Positions 40,752 to 51,669 are shown, counted from the whole stretch's first letter. The stretch: DNA of 63,998 nucleotides, filler included, from Neoconidiobolus thromboides FSU 785 (GCA_025603075.1; 6 parts of 6 records of this genome joined end to end with filler, not necessarily neighbours in it), one strand, 5' to 3'. Notes: generated by a model not told the origin, from the letters alone. Translations and numbers: made by a program.

Positions 40752-42284
40752 ATGGTCATCACCAAGAAACAAAAACTAAATGTGGAAAAAGAAGGACGGA
40801 GTATAACCCCAAGGATAGATGTAGACAAGGCATTACCATTAATCATCAAAGAAGAAATTGAAGAAGAATTATTACCCATCAGCGAGTTAACACCTAATAT
40901 TTCAAAATTAAGTTATCGACAATTAAAAATTATATTAAAGCATATTTTGATCGGATGTAAATTATTGGTCTTTAAAAAGCATAGGAGAGACGAAGAAGAA
41001 GGAGAATACAGGAAAGCAGAAATTTTATCCGTTAGAAAAAAGGCGTTTGAAGAACAAACTGAAGCTGGTGGTTTAGAGTTTTATGTTCATTATTGTGAGT
41101 TTAATAAAAGATTAGACGAATGGGTGCCTTTTAATCGATTAGATTTGTCGCACCCCATTGAATACCCAAAAGGCACAAAACCACCAACAGGTGGCGTAGA
41201 AGGTTCTCACTCTTTAGATGACTTAGAAAAAACGCTAACTAATGCGGTCCAGTTTAAAACAAATGGTAAAGACTCACCAGCGCTCAGAAAAAAAGACCAA
41301 TTGGATGGAAGTTATTGGGGTGCACCAGGAGAAGAAGAAGAAAAAAGCGCTAAGAAAAAAGAACTTGAAAGGTTAAGAACTTCAGGTTCAATGACCCAAA
41401 ATATTCATGAAATATCTAGGGTCAAAAATTTAAATAATATAGTTATGGGTAAATATGAAGTGGAATCTTGGTACTTTTCACCTTATCCACCAGAAATGGC
41501 TCACTCAGATAAGATCTATTTATGTGAGTTTTGTCTTATACCACTTAAAAATATAACTCAGTTTGGTCGTCATAGAGCAAAATGTACTTTAAAACATCCA
41601 CCTGGAAGAGAAATTTATCGTAGTGGAGACATATCCTTTTTTGAGTTGGATGGTCGACTCCAAAAGAAATATTGTCGATGGTTATGTTTATTGTCCAAAT
41701 TATTTTTAGATCATAAAACCCTTTATTATGATGTGGATCCCTTTTTATTTTATGTAATGACTCAAAACGATGCTCATGGTTGTCATATGATAGGTTATTT
41801 TTCAAAAGAAAAAGAAAGTTTAGAAAATTATAATTTGGCTTGTATTCTAACTTTACCTCAATATCAAAGGAAGGGTTTTGGCCGTTTACTTATACAATTT
41901 AGCTATGAGTTATCAAAAATTGAAAAAAAGGTAGGATCACCAGAAAAACCATTATCTGATTTAGGGTTATTATCTTATCGTGCTTTTTGGACGGATACGA
42001 TTATTGAAATATTATTAAACATGAAAGAAGCAGAACCTAAATCTAGTGTTTCAATTGAAAACCTTTCTTTGATAACTTCATTTACAACTCAAGATATTAT
42101 TCATACTTTATTCTCTATTGGTGCTTTAAGATATTATAGAAATGAATATGTTATTTATTTATCAGATACTTTGGTAGAGTCTTATGCCAAACAAAAAAAC
42201 AAAAAAAGTAAACGCGTTATTCAACCTGGTAAAATTAAATGGCAACCAGCAGTGATCAGCAATCAACCTAAATACTTAAACTAA
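40752..42284 (+). CDS. ESA1: MYST histone acetyltransferase, NuA4 catalytic subunit
   Basis: Tudor-knot FYVHYCEFNKRLDEWV; GSMTQ..EISRVKN; ESWYFSPYP; LCLLSKLFLDHKTLYYDVDPFLFY; ACILTLPQYQRKGFG; GSPEKPLSDLG. Confidence 0.96.
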   Translation: MVITKKQKLNVEKEGRSITPRIDVDKALPLIIKEEIEEELLPISELTPNISKLSYRQLKIILKHILIGCKLLVFKKHRRDEEEGEYRKAEILSVRKKAFEEQTEAGGLEFYVHYCEFNKRLDEWVPFNRLDLSHPIEYPKGTKPPTGGVEGSHSLDDLEKTLTNAVQFKTNGKDSPALRKKDQLDGSYWGAPGEEEEKSAKKKELERLRTSGSMTQNIHEISRVKNLNNIVMGKYEVESWYFSPYPPEMAHSDKIYLCEFCLIPLKNITQFGRHRAKCTLKHPPGREIYRSGDISFFELDGRLQKKYCRWLCLLSKLFLDHKTLYYDVDPFLFYVMTQNDAHGCHMIGYFSKEKESLENYNLACILTLPQYQRKGFGRLLIQFSYELSKIEKKVGSPEKPLSDLGLLSYRAFWTDTIIEILLNMKEAEPKSSVSIENLSLITSFTTQDIIHTLFSIGALRYYRNEYVIYLSDTLVESYAKQKNKKSKRVIQPGKIKWQPAVISNQPKYLN

Positions 42285-42403
42285 GTCTTCTACCACTTTT
42301 TCCTATTCTTTTATCTAACAATTTTAATAAATCTAACTTGTTAAATTGAATTATTATCATTTAAGTGACACTTTTATTCTATAAAGATCATTAATATAAA
42401 AGG

Positions 42404-43194
42404 CTAATGATTCAATGAATTTTGAATCCAAGACTCTGTTTGAAGTCTACAAGCAGAAGGAGAATCAAGATAAATTATTACAGGAGGAACGTACTTATCT
42501 TTATTATTACCATAATAAGCCACAACTCCTAACTCATGGTTATTTGTATTGATTAGTCTTTCATATTTATCTTCATATCCATAACCGTAATCATGTTCAC
42601 TATCATCATATGATCATATATCTCCATTTAAATAAATGTTAATTTTACATAAACTATGCTATTTTAAATTTGCCATACCGCCTTTGAAAAATCGTGATTT
42701 TCATAGTAAAATTATGAACCTATATTATATTCTCTAGTTACTATTTTAACGCTTGATTTAAGTTTTGTTGTATTAATATTCAATTTACTTTCCTCAGTTT
42801 TAGCCATGCTCAATTCTTTTTTTCTTTAGTTAAGTTTGGTTCGTTTTTTTACTTTGTTATATTTAATTCATTCTCTCCTTATTTTATCATATTTGATTCA
42901 ATATCTTCTGATTTAACAATGTTCGAATTATTTGGTTTGTTTAGTTTTGATATTCCATAGATAGTCTATAATCATAAATTATAAACAGTATGATATATTG
43001 TATAAACTCACTTTGCAATGGTTTAATGAGCCAGCTCTTAATGATATACAATCATAAAAGTTTTTGTCAAAAGTTTTTTTCGACTTCTGGTACTTTTTAA
43101 GATAAAGGATATAATTTTGCCTTCCTATTCATACAAACCATTTCACGTTAATTCTCTTAAATGATTACCTTTGTTTCCAATGTAGAATTGACTA
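42404..43194 (-). pseudogene. Decayed gene of unknown family (paralog of 30355-31164)
   Basis: KYQKSKKTFDKNFYDCISLRAGSLNHCKVSL and LGVVAYYGNNKDKYVPPVIIYLDSPSACRLQTESWIQ; stops and frameshift. Confidence 0.65.
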
Positions 43195-43557
43195 CTATTT
43201 CGTGACTATGGAAAATTAATTATAAGTCATTTTTATAAGCATTTGGACAAAGCTGTTTTAAAACCCTTCTCTATAAACCATTTTTTTAAATTTCCTAAAC
43301 CGGGTGTCTTTATATAAGTGATTAGACTAAAATGGTTTTTAAAGTTATTATCTGATATATCATATCCCCATTAATAATTGAATCTGGATCGAAATACTTA
43401 TCTATCTTGTTTACAAGGGGTTTGTGTCTTTAACTCGGTTTTTTTGGAAATGGACAAGAGGTAGCTAAAGCTACCTATTGGATAGATGGTTTATTTTTAG
43501 AATATAATTAATTTGCTTTGACTAAAGAAAACTTACACCTATGGAGAGTACTATAAA
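43195..43557 (-). repeat. ~363-bp repeat, inverted copy of 29991-30354
   Basis: See partner; both copies run into contig gaps. Confidence 0.95.
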
Positions 43558-43695
43558 CGCTTCCCAGGATACCAAATATATCCAAAAACGCCTTCNNNNN
43601 NNNNNNNNNNNNNNNNNNNNNNNNNNNNNNNNNNNNNNNTTAATTAATTAANNNNNNNNNNNNNNNNNNNNNNNNNNNNNNNNNNNNNNNNNNNN

Positions 43696-44439
43696 AGATA
43701 CCGATTTTATTTTAGAAATATCCTCTAAATAGTTCAAAGGAACTTTATTTACTGGATTACCTTCTATCTTTAGTGTTTCAAGTGATTGAAAATTGGAATT
43801 ATTATTGAGAGTTGAAGGTATTGAAAAAGCTTCACTAATAACTATTAGCTTCTTTAATTCTTCAAATAACTCTTTCAACTTACCAAGTCCGTTTAAATTG
43901 GTTGAGATACATTTAATCTTTAATACTTTAAGCTTGTATGGATCAAGTAGATTGACAAAATGGTCTAGATCAACTGGATCATTAACGCTAACTGTTAGCT
44001 TCTTAACCCGAGATAATAAAGCTATATGCTTAAACAAAATAGACTGTTGATTAATTGTAATGGTTAATATCATATTCTTCAAATAAGGTAGTTCTTGTGG
44101 TATTGAATTATTCAATATATCAATATCGGTCAATTATTTATGTTCAATATCCAAAATTACAATGTCTAGACATAAAACTAAAAAGCTCAACTGATCACTT
44201 TTTATCTTCAAATATTGTACATTGTTACTACGATATTCATAGAAAGAATGTTGAACATATGAGTAAGTTGATGAACTCGAATAAACTGAATAACACAAAT
44301 GATTAAAGATAAGCAAGTTGATTTGTTTAAACAATGCTTTGTTTAAAAATCTTAAATCAAACAGTTGATCTGAAGGTAAGAAACTGAAGATAGTGTCAAT
44401 GACAATATCAGATGAAGTATCTAGTTTTAAAGTATTCAT
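43696..44439 (-). pseudogene. F-box/LRR-like gene with one in-frame TAA (44134-44136); 3' end lost in gap
   Basis: F-box-like IDTIFSFLPSDQLFDLRFLNK; same frame continues EHK*LTDIDIL into LxxLxI repeats. Confidence 0.6.
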
Positions 44440-45188
44440 TTTATAGATTGGATAGAAAAACCAAGACATCAAGTTCTCTTTATTTATATCATTTATTATT
44501 ATATATATTACATAAAATTTCATCTTACTTACTTATTTTGCTTATTTAAAGTGATGTAGGGTATATAAAGATTAATTCATCATTGCTTATTTATATCAAT
44601 ATTCAAGCAAACACTTTCATAAAATATTGAATAAACACTTTGAAAATTTGATACACAATTTTAGCTTCTACAATTTTACTTATTTAATATAACCTATAGG
44701 ACTTGCTAAAAGAACACAAAGTAGCATTCCGAAGTTCGCATGTCGTATTAAATAGACTTTTTAATTGTGATGTTATACTGTTTGATCAAATAGAATACCT
44801 TTGACATTTTTTAACTAATAGAGAAATACAAGCATGAATGTCGAAGGTCATAAATGGTATTTCTATCTTGAAAATCTTAAACCCTAGCAGTAAGTATTTG
44901 GTTTGACGTTTTCTGTAAAATATTGTGATTTTGCCTAAGGTGAGTCAAGTTTATATAGGACAGTTTATACAATCTATACAATAATTAATATTTGAAAAAA
45001 TTATCATTTGCTAAAAGTATTGGCTTTTTGAAAAAAGTTTGAGTTAAATCTTAGATTAAAATAGTATTTATTGAATAGAGTTTATTTCAGAAAATCTTGT
45101 TGATTATAAAGCGAGTATGTATCTACAAAACAATAGTTTATCAAGGATGTGCTAAACAGTATGCACTATACTTTTTCGAAAATAGTAT

Positions 45189-45293
45189 ACAAGGCTGTTT
45201 TTTTTTGTTTCATTATTTTTCCATTTTTTTAAGCGCTATTTAAGTGGAAAATTTGTTAGTAAAATTCTTAAACACAAAAATACATTCCCATAT
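45189..45293 (+). mobile_element. MITE family A copy
   Basis: Matches consensus. Confidence 0.8.
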
Positions 45294-46465
45294 ATTAGTA
45301 TTATGACTAACGTTACTAAAATCGATCTCCTTGTTTCAAAATATTTAAAGTCTTGATATTGATAGTTTATACTATATTTTCGATAAAATAAAAAAATTGA
45401 ACCTCAATGAGAGTGAGATTAAGGATATTACTCAATACAATTTGTGTGAATGCAAATTTGTAAAGGGAGTTACAATTGATTGAATTGATAATATTTCATC
45501 TAAAGATTTTTTTACTTCTCGTCTTTGTTCTAAATCCTAAGGTAATTAATTAACTATTTCGAATTAAATAATATGGATGTTAATACTGATCACGAATTGA
45601 TTACTCCTTTGTTAATAGTCACGCTTGTATTACCCCCTAAAAATATTATATTCTTTGGCAAACCAAGACAAGTCTCAATGCTAACTTAGTTGAGTTTAGA
45701 AATGAATCAACGTATATCTTAGAATATTCCATAAACTGACTTCTAGTAAACCTATTTCAGTCTCTTATATTACCTTAGAATTTTAGCTACCTTTTCTGCT
45801 AATTTTTTAATTTTTTATCATTGTAATAAAAATAGGAAATAATTGTAAGAATCTTTTAGTAACTTTGAAATTTAATAGAGCCTTCTTATTGTTGTTATCC
45901 AGTATTCTAATACTTTCAGGCTAATAGTCAATTGGCAATTTGTACGTGAAAGTCTTTTTTCATCTTAAATATCCTTTATAACGTCAATTATCTTCAATTC
46001 CACAGTCAATAGAGCCTTTAGTGTGATAATATTGAGTATAGGCTTTCAATCCTTGAAATTCTCAACTATCACATTTGACGTTCGATATTAAAAACTAATC
46101 TAGTGAGCTTTTTTACGCGATGGGGTTGGCGCCTGTTTTACTACTTGGATATTTTACTATCATGATTAGCATCGAAAACAGTGCTAGATATAATATTTAA
46201 GATTGTTCAAAAAAGACAATTTGCTATTCAGGTATAGGAATAAACCAATTTCTTTAACTATATGTAATTAATCTCTCGAAATTTAAAAGTTCAATAGTTT
46301 TATTTGTAGCTAAAAAAACAATGTGATATTAAATTACTATCAGGCTATTAAATACAATGTTTGAAATGGTATTAAATGAAAGGATGTAGTTTTAAATCAT
46401 TTATTATACAAGAGGCTTTATACAATACCCCAAAGTTTTAACTACTAGAATATTGATTGATTTGT

Positions 46466-47497
46466 TTATCTAACATATTGCTGAATCCATTGCGCATAGG
46501 TATTTACACGAGCAAATACAGAAGGAAAGTCAGGATTAAGACATCTTAAATCTTTGACAAAGGAAGTAACACCAATGATAGTATTTCCAATAACAAGTGG
46601 ACCTCCAGAATCACCTTGACAAACAGCCGAACGACCTTCACGATAACCAGCACATAAATGATGAGGTTTAGACAAACCTTGATAAGCAGCATTACAAGAA
46701 TCAAAAGAATAAACGGGAAGGTTGGCTTCTTGCAATCTTGAAGCTAATCTATACTGATCATTCGGATCCACTCTACCCCAGCCTGCAAATCGGGTTGAAG
46801 CGCCTTCTTGATTACCAGTATTTTGAGTATCAATTTGGTAAAAATTACGTGCACTAACTGGAGTTGCTAATTTCCAAATAGCAACATCATATTGAATATA
46901 ACCGCCAGAACTATAATTGGGATGCTTAATGATTTGGCTTACACGATGTTCGGTATATGAGCCATCTGGTCCACTCTGGGCTTGAGCTTGTGGTTGCTGG
47001 TGCTGCTCTCCTTCTTGAGGCCACCATGGTTGTTGTTCTTGTTGTTGTTCTTGTCCTTGTTGACCACCCCACCATGGTTGTTCTTGTTCTTGTTCTTGTT
47101 GACCACCCCACCATGGCTGTTCTTGCTCTTGTTCACCGCCCCACCATGGTTGTTCTTGCTCTTGTTGATCACCCCACCATTGGCGTCTTTGGAGGTTACC
47201 GCCAGCGTATGCCCATACAGAGACAGAGCCAGGGGAAACTTCAGAACAGTGAGAAGCTGTCAAAACGGTGTTAGCATTGAGAAGGGCGCCGCCACAGGAA
47301 TGCCCGCCATTAACACGTAAAGAAACTAAAGATGGATAGTTAGCCCATGAACCGGTATTACCATTAATAATTCTATTAGTTGGAGTATCGTCTGGCTTTG
47401 TTGAATTTTTATCGGCTGGTGCAGCTTGTGCTGAAGTAGCTAAAATAGCTATGAAAAAAACCTCAAATGCTTTAATTAAAATTTCCTTTTGAATCAT
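46466..47497 (-). CDS. Secreted S1A (trypsin-fold) serine protease with internal Q/E/W-rich repeat insert
   Basis: Signal peptide; activation site R|IING; CGGALL; LTASHC (His); YDVAIWKL (Asp); CQGDSGGPL (Ser); single exon. Confidence 0.95.
   Translation of the reverse strand: MIQKEILIKAFEVFFIAILATSAQAAPADKNSTKPDDTPTNRIINGNTGSWANYPSLVSLRVNGGHSCGGALLNANTVLTASHCSEVSPGSVSVWAYAGGNLQRRQWWGDQQEQEQPWWGGEQEQEQPWWGGQQEQEQEQPWWGGQQGQEQQQEQQPWWPQEGEQHQQPQAQAQSGPDGSYTEHRVSQIIKHPNYSSGGYIQYDVAIWKLATPVSARNFYQIDTQNTGNQEGASTRFAGWGRVDPNDQYRLASRLQEANLPVYSFDSCNAAYQGLSKPHHLCAGYREGRSAVCQGDSGGPLVIGNTIIGVTSFVKDLRCLNPDFPSVFARVNTYAQWIQQYVR
46975..47185 (-). repeat. Coding tandem repeat encoding (Q/E)n-PWWGG units
   Basis: CCACCATGGTTGTTCTTG-like units repeated on + strand; five WW-containing units. 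Confidence 0.95.
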
Positions 47498-48621
47498 TTC
47501 AATTTAGTATCAAACTTAATTGTATATGGATAGCAGTTACATACACTTTTCTTTTATAGCTTTTTTGAGCGCATTTTTGTAGTTTTAAATATTAAGCGCT
47601 TCATATTTCTATGAAGGAATATGAATATGGATATTCATCAGCAGCCCCAGACTTAATAAAGACTATTTCATAAAATCAAATTTTGTTACTATGGATTTTT
47701 AAATTTTTTAAAGTTTTTAATTTAACATATTTTAAAAGCTGCCTGGGCACTTTTAATATATTTGATAAAGTAAATATAAACTGGTAAAGAATAAAATAAT
47801 AGTTTAATTATCTATTTACCAGGTTAAGTAGGTCCATATTATTAAAAAATAGTTTATATCTATTTAGACACGTAAATCATTATTAAACAATAACTTCAAT
47901 TAAATTTAGTTACTATAGGTAAAAACCCTAGGAGTTTGTTACTCAGGTTAAATTGGATCAAAGCGTAAATCTACATTATTATGGAAATGTGTTTATAGCT
48001 TATATTGCACTATATCAATAAGCAAAGCCTTTATTAATAATACAACAGATATGAATTTTTATAAATTGTTTACTTGGGTATATAATGTCTTTCATTTTTG
48101 TTTGTTAAAAATAGTTCAAGTATTCAAGCTATTGATTATAGATAGGAAAAAAAAATATTTCGATTTTTTAACATAATCTTGCTAAAAATATGATCTTTTA
48201 ATTATATGATTTAAATGTTATACTAAATAACCCATAATGTTAATTTTTATAGAAACTAACTTTTTATTAAAAAGAACGATAATTTATCGATCAAATATAC
48301 ATTTTAGTAAAAATATTATTAAATTATTTGATTTAATCAATTTTTCTACTGAAATACTAAACTAAGAACAGCTGCTCGTTTTGCTTGTGATAATGCTTGT
48401 ACTTACAATCAATCAATAGTACTGATATCATATTTAACATTTAACATTTAATATTTGGAACAAAACTACATTATGATCAAACATATAAATAGGCAAATAA
48501 ATGTATAAACTCCTCTATAAAAAAAATGAAGTTTGATCAATCATTTAACGATTCATCATATGAGATATTCAAATATGTAAAGGCAATAGACATACTTAAT
48601 TTATAACTGCTAAATAAGAAC

Positions 48622-48940
48622 ATATGGGGTTGTCTGAATTAGTTTCATTATTTTATCCAATTTTAAAAAAATTTGTATTTTAAAAACTTCGCTTAAAATT
48701 CTATAAAATCACATCTTTTATTAAAACAAAAGTACCCAAACACAGTTCTAAACCATTATATTATAGCTCATACTGTAAGTTAGTTGAATTTCTACTAGAT
48801 CTTAAATACATGTTCTTATAAAGCTTAATTGAGAAATATTTATTATCAACTGCTTTATAACCAACATCGTAGATTTATTATCAAATAAATAAACTACTTT
48901 AATGTTATAATTACATTATTAATATATTGCCAAGTTAATA
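48622..48940 (+). mobile_element. Family B element arm (longer MITE relative)
   Basis: Starts ATATGGGGTTGTCTG; inverted ~90% similar copy at 49048-49365. Confidence 0.75.
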
Positions 48941-49047
48941 NNNNNNNNNNNNNNNNNNNNNNNNNNNNNNNNNNNNNNNNNNNNTTAATTAATTAANNNN
49001 NNNNNNNNNNNNNNNNNNNNNNNNNNNNNNNNNNNNNNNNAGTTATT

Positions 49048-49365
49048 TATTAACTTGGCAATATATTAATAATGTAATTATAACATTAAAATAATTTATT
49101 TATTTGATAATAAATCTACAATATTGGTTATAAAGCAGTTGATAATAAATATTTCTCAATTAAGCTTTATAAAAATATGTATTTAAGATCTAGTAGAAAT
49201 TCAACTAACTTACATTATGAGCTATAATAGAATGATTTTGGAACTGTGTCCGGATACTTTTGTTTTAATAAAAGATGTGATTTTATAGAATTTTAAGCGA
49301 AGTTTTTAAAATACAAAATATTTAAAAATTGAATAAAATAATGAAACTAATTCAGACAACCCCAT
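49048..49365 (-). mobile_element. Family B element arm, inverted
   Basis: Ends CAGACAACCCCAT; see partner. Confidence 0.75.
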
Positions 49366-49440
49366 TTACTAAATGATTCAACTATTTCATCAAGATTTAA
49401 TAAAAAAATAATGGTAGTAAATATTTGCCAGATAATATAT

Positions 49441-49547
49441 ATATGGGGATGTATTTTTATATTTAAGAATTTTACTAATAAAATTTTCGCTTAAATAGTG
49501 CTTAAAGAATGAAAAAAGTAATGAAGTCAAAAAAAACACACCCATAT
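49441..49547 (-). mobile_element. MITE family A copy
   Basis: Matches consensus. Confidence 0.85.
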
Positions 49548-49616
49548 TAATAAAGTAATTATAACATTAAAATAGTTTATTTATTTGATAACAAATCTGC
49601 AATGTTGGTTATAAAG

Positions 49617-50082
49617 TGTGAAATATCGCTTTGTCAGTTCCATGGTTAATTATAACATAACAATCGCCTAAGCTGTTGTGTTCTCGAGTTCAGAGAAAAT
49701 CAATCTCACGTTCTTATTTTGATTTGCTATGAGAATTTCTAGCTCCATCCAAAAGAATGTTGTCTTCTCATTTTGATATTTATACTTTTCAGAGTATAAA
49801 AGAGTTTACAGAGTATAGTTGTTCGAGGCTTCTTAACTGAATTATTCCCTGATATCTCGAATATTTAATAAAGCCACTAAGTTTTCTTAATAGTATTTTA
49901 CATAGGTTTTACATTAGTATTGTCTATTGTATTTATCTTATATAGTCTGTTAGCCTATTGCGTGCTATTCCTCATAATCCAAGTCTATCTTAGCCACATA
50001 AACTAAGACCTTTCGACTTATAGTGTAGTCAACCAGGGAATAGCTGTTTTTGACTCCAAATACTGAATAACCAGATTTCACA
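49617..50082 (+). mobile_element. Probable solo LTR, full length (~466 bp)
   Basis: TGTGAAAT...ATTTCACA inverted termini (TG...CA); TATAAAA at ~49795 and AATAAA at ~49867; no clean TSD. Confidence 0.75.
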
Positions 50083-50157
50083 CCTTTGGAAAAATTAAAG
50101 AAATTTTAGTAAATAGGTTAACTTTGAATAAAAACTTTAAATTATAATAATATAATA

Positions 50158-50264
50158 ACATGGGAGTGTTTTTTTTGACTTCATTATTTTTTCCATTTTT
50201 TAAGCGCTATTTGAGCGGAAAATTTGTTAGTAAAACTCTTAAACACAAAAATACATCCCCATAT
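50158..50264 (+). mobile_element. MITE family A copy
   Basis: Matches consensus. Confidence 0.85.
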
Positions 50265-50752
50265 AAAGATACTTTTGTAGCTCATAGTTTACAAAAATAC
50301 ATTAGTATTATCAACTTTTTATTTAAATATCTTAGATTGTAATACATAAAAATAGAAAAATTTAAACAATTATTGATAAAATTATTAAACAAAAAAATAT
50401 CTTTCTTTGTGTTTGATATAAATAATAAAAATTAAAAAAAGTTTAAACAAATAGTTAGTATAAATTTTTATACTGATCAATGTTAAAACAATTGATTTTT
50501 CTAATTATATGCTTTATGCTATTTTTACTAAACACTTAATAGTATATAATATATAAATACATAGTTCATTTACATTGATTTTAATAAATATTTATAATAA
50601 TCCAAAATTTATGAAATTTTATAATAAAACGAAAAAAAAATCAAACTTTTACATTACTAATGATAAATCTAATTAGGCAATGCATAAAACTAGTCCTTTG
50701 AAAAAAAAAACAAGAAATCAATAAATAGCATTATTATCAACTTAGTTTTAGT

Positions 50753-50857
50753 ATATGGGGCTGTTTTTTTTAGTTTCATTATTCTTCCATTTTTTAAGCG
50801 CTATTTGAGTGAAAAGATTGTAGTAAAATTCTTAAATACAAAAATACATCCCCATAT
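50753..50857 (+). mobile_element. MITE family A copy
   Basis: Matches consensus. Confidence 0.85.
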
Positions 50858-50938
50858 TTTTTTGATAAACATAAAAGTTTTGGATTTAATATAAGTAGAA
50901 ATTAATACGATTACTTAAAAATAGTTAATAATAATAAA

Positions 50939-51040
50939 GTGGGGGTATTTTCTTGGCTTCATCATTTTTCCCATCTTTTAAGCGCTATTTGAGCAGAAAA
51001 ATTGCTAGTAAAATCCTTAAACACAAAAATACACCTCTAA
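50939..51040 (+). mobile_element. MITE family A copy
   Basis: Matches consensus. Confidence 0.75.
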
Positions 51041-51417
51041 ATATTAATATTATAACAACTTGTTAAAAATATAAAAAAATTGAAAATGAGCAAATAAAAT
51101 TACTATACAATGCTTGTTCAATAATTCAACCTATTTTATCAAGATTTAATAAAAACAATAATAATAAATGTTTATCGAGCAATATATAGGTATTTTAGGA
51201 TTTTAATAATTTAAAAAATAGAGCAGTAACTAGACTTATTATTCTAAATATATCCCCTAAATGATTTCAAAAATATAGTAAAAAAGCAAGTTCATGTAGC
51301 GTAATGTACCTAGTACATAAAAATAGGTTATTTAAAAATAAAATACAGCTATAAAAAATAAACAGATAAAAAAATTATACAAATCATATAAATTTTATGC
51401 TAATACTTAAAAAAAAC

Positions 51418-51524
51418 ATACAGGAATGTTTTTTTGGCTTCATTACTTTTCTATCTTTTAAGCGCGCTACTTGAGAGTGGAAAAATTGCTAGTAGAATTT
51501 TTAAGTATAAAAATACCCCCATAT
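51418..51524 (+). mobile_element. MITE family A copy
   Basis: Matches consensus. Confidence 0.75.
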
Positions 51525-51556
51525 TTAATAAAATTACCAAAAAATCAAATAGATTT

Positions 51557-51669
51557 ATATGAGATCTATTTTTATGTTTAAGAATTTTATTAATAACCTT
51601 TCTGCTAAATAGCATTTGCATTTGAAAAATGGAAAAAGTAATGAATGAAGCCAAAAAACATCCTCATAT
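51557..51669 (-). mobile_element. MITE family A copy
   Basis: Matches consensus with small insertions. Confidence 0.7.

Noticed and set aside
40752-42284. ESA1 being intronless as evidence of a retrocopy
   Set aside because: No poly(A) remnant or TSD; long exons also occur in eIF3a; the protein looks like the intact orthologue
44700-46200. Possible decayed membrane-protein gene upstream of the F-box gene
   Set aside because: Hydrophobic fragments on both strands with many stops; no frame or family could be supported
46926-47320. Four overlapping ORFs across the protease repeat
   Set aside because: By-products of the stop-free tandem repeat in other frames
50160-50342. Short ORFs sharing MGVFFLTSLF (also 51451, 56704, 59789)
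   Set aside because: Read-through of MITE sequence, not a gene family
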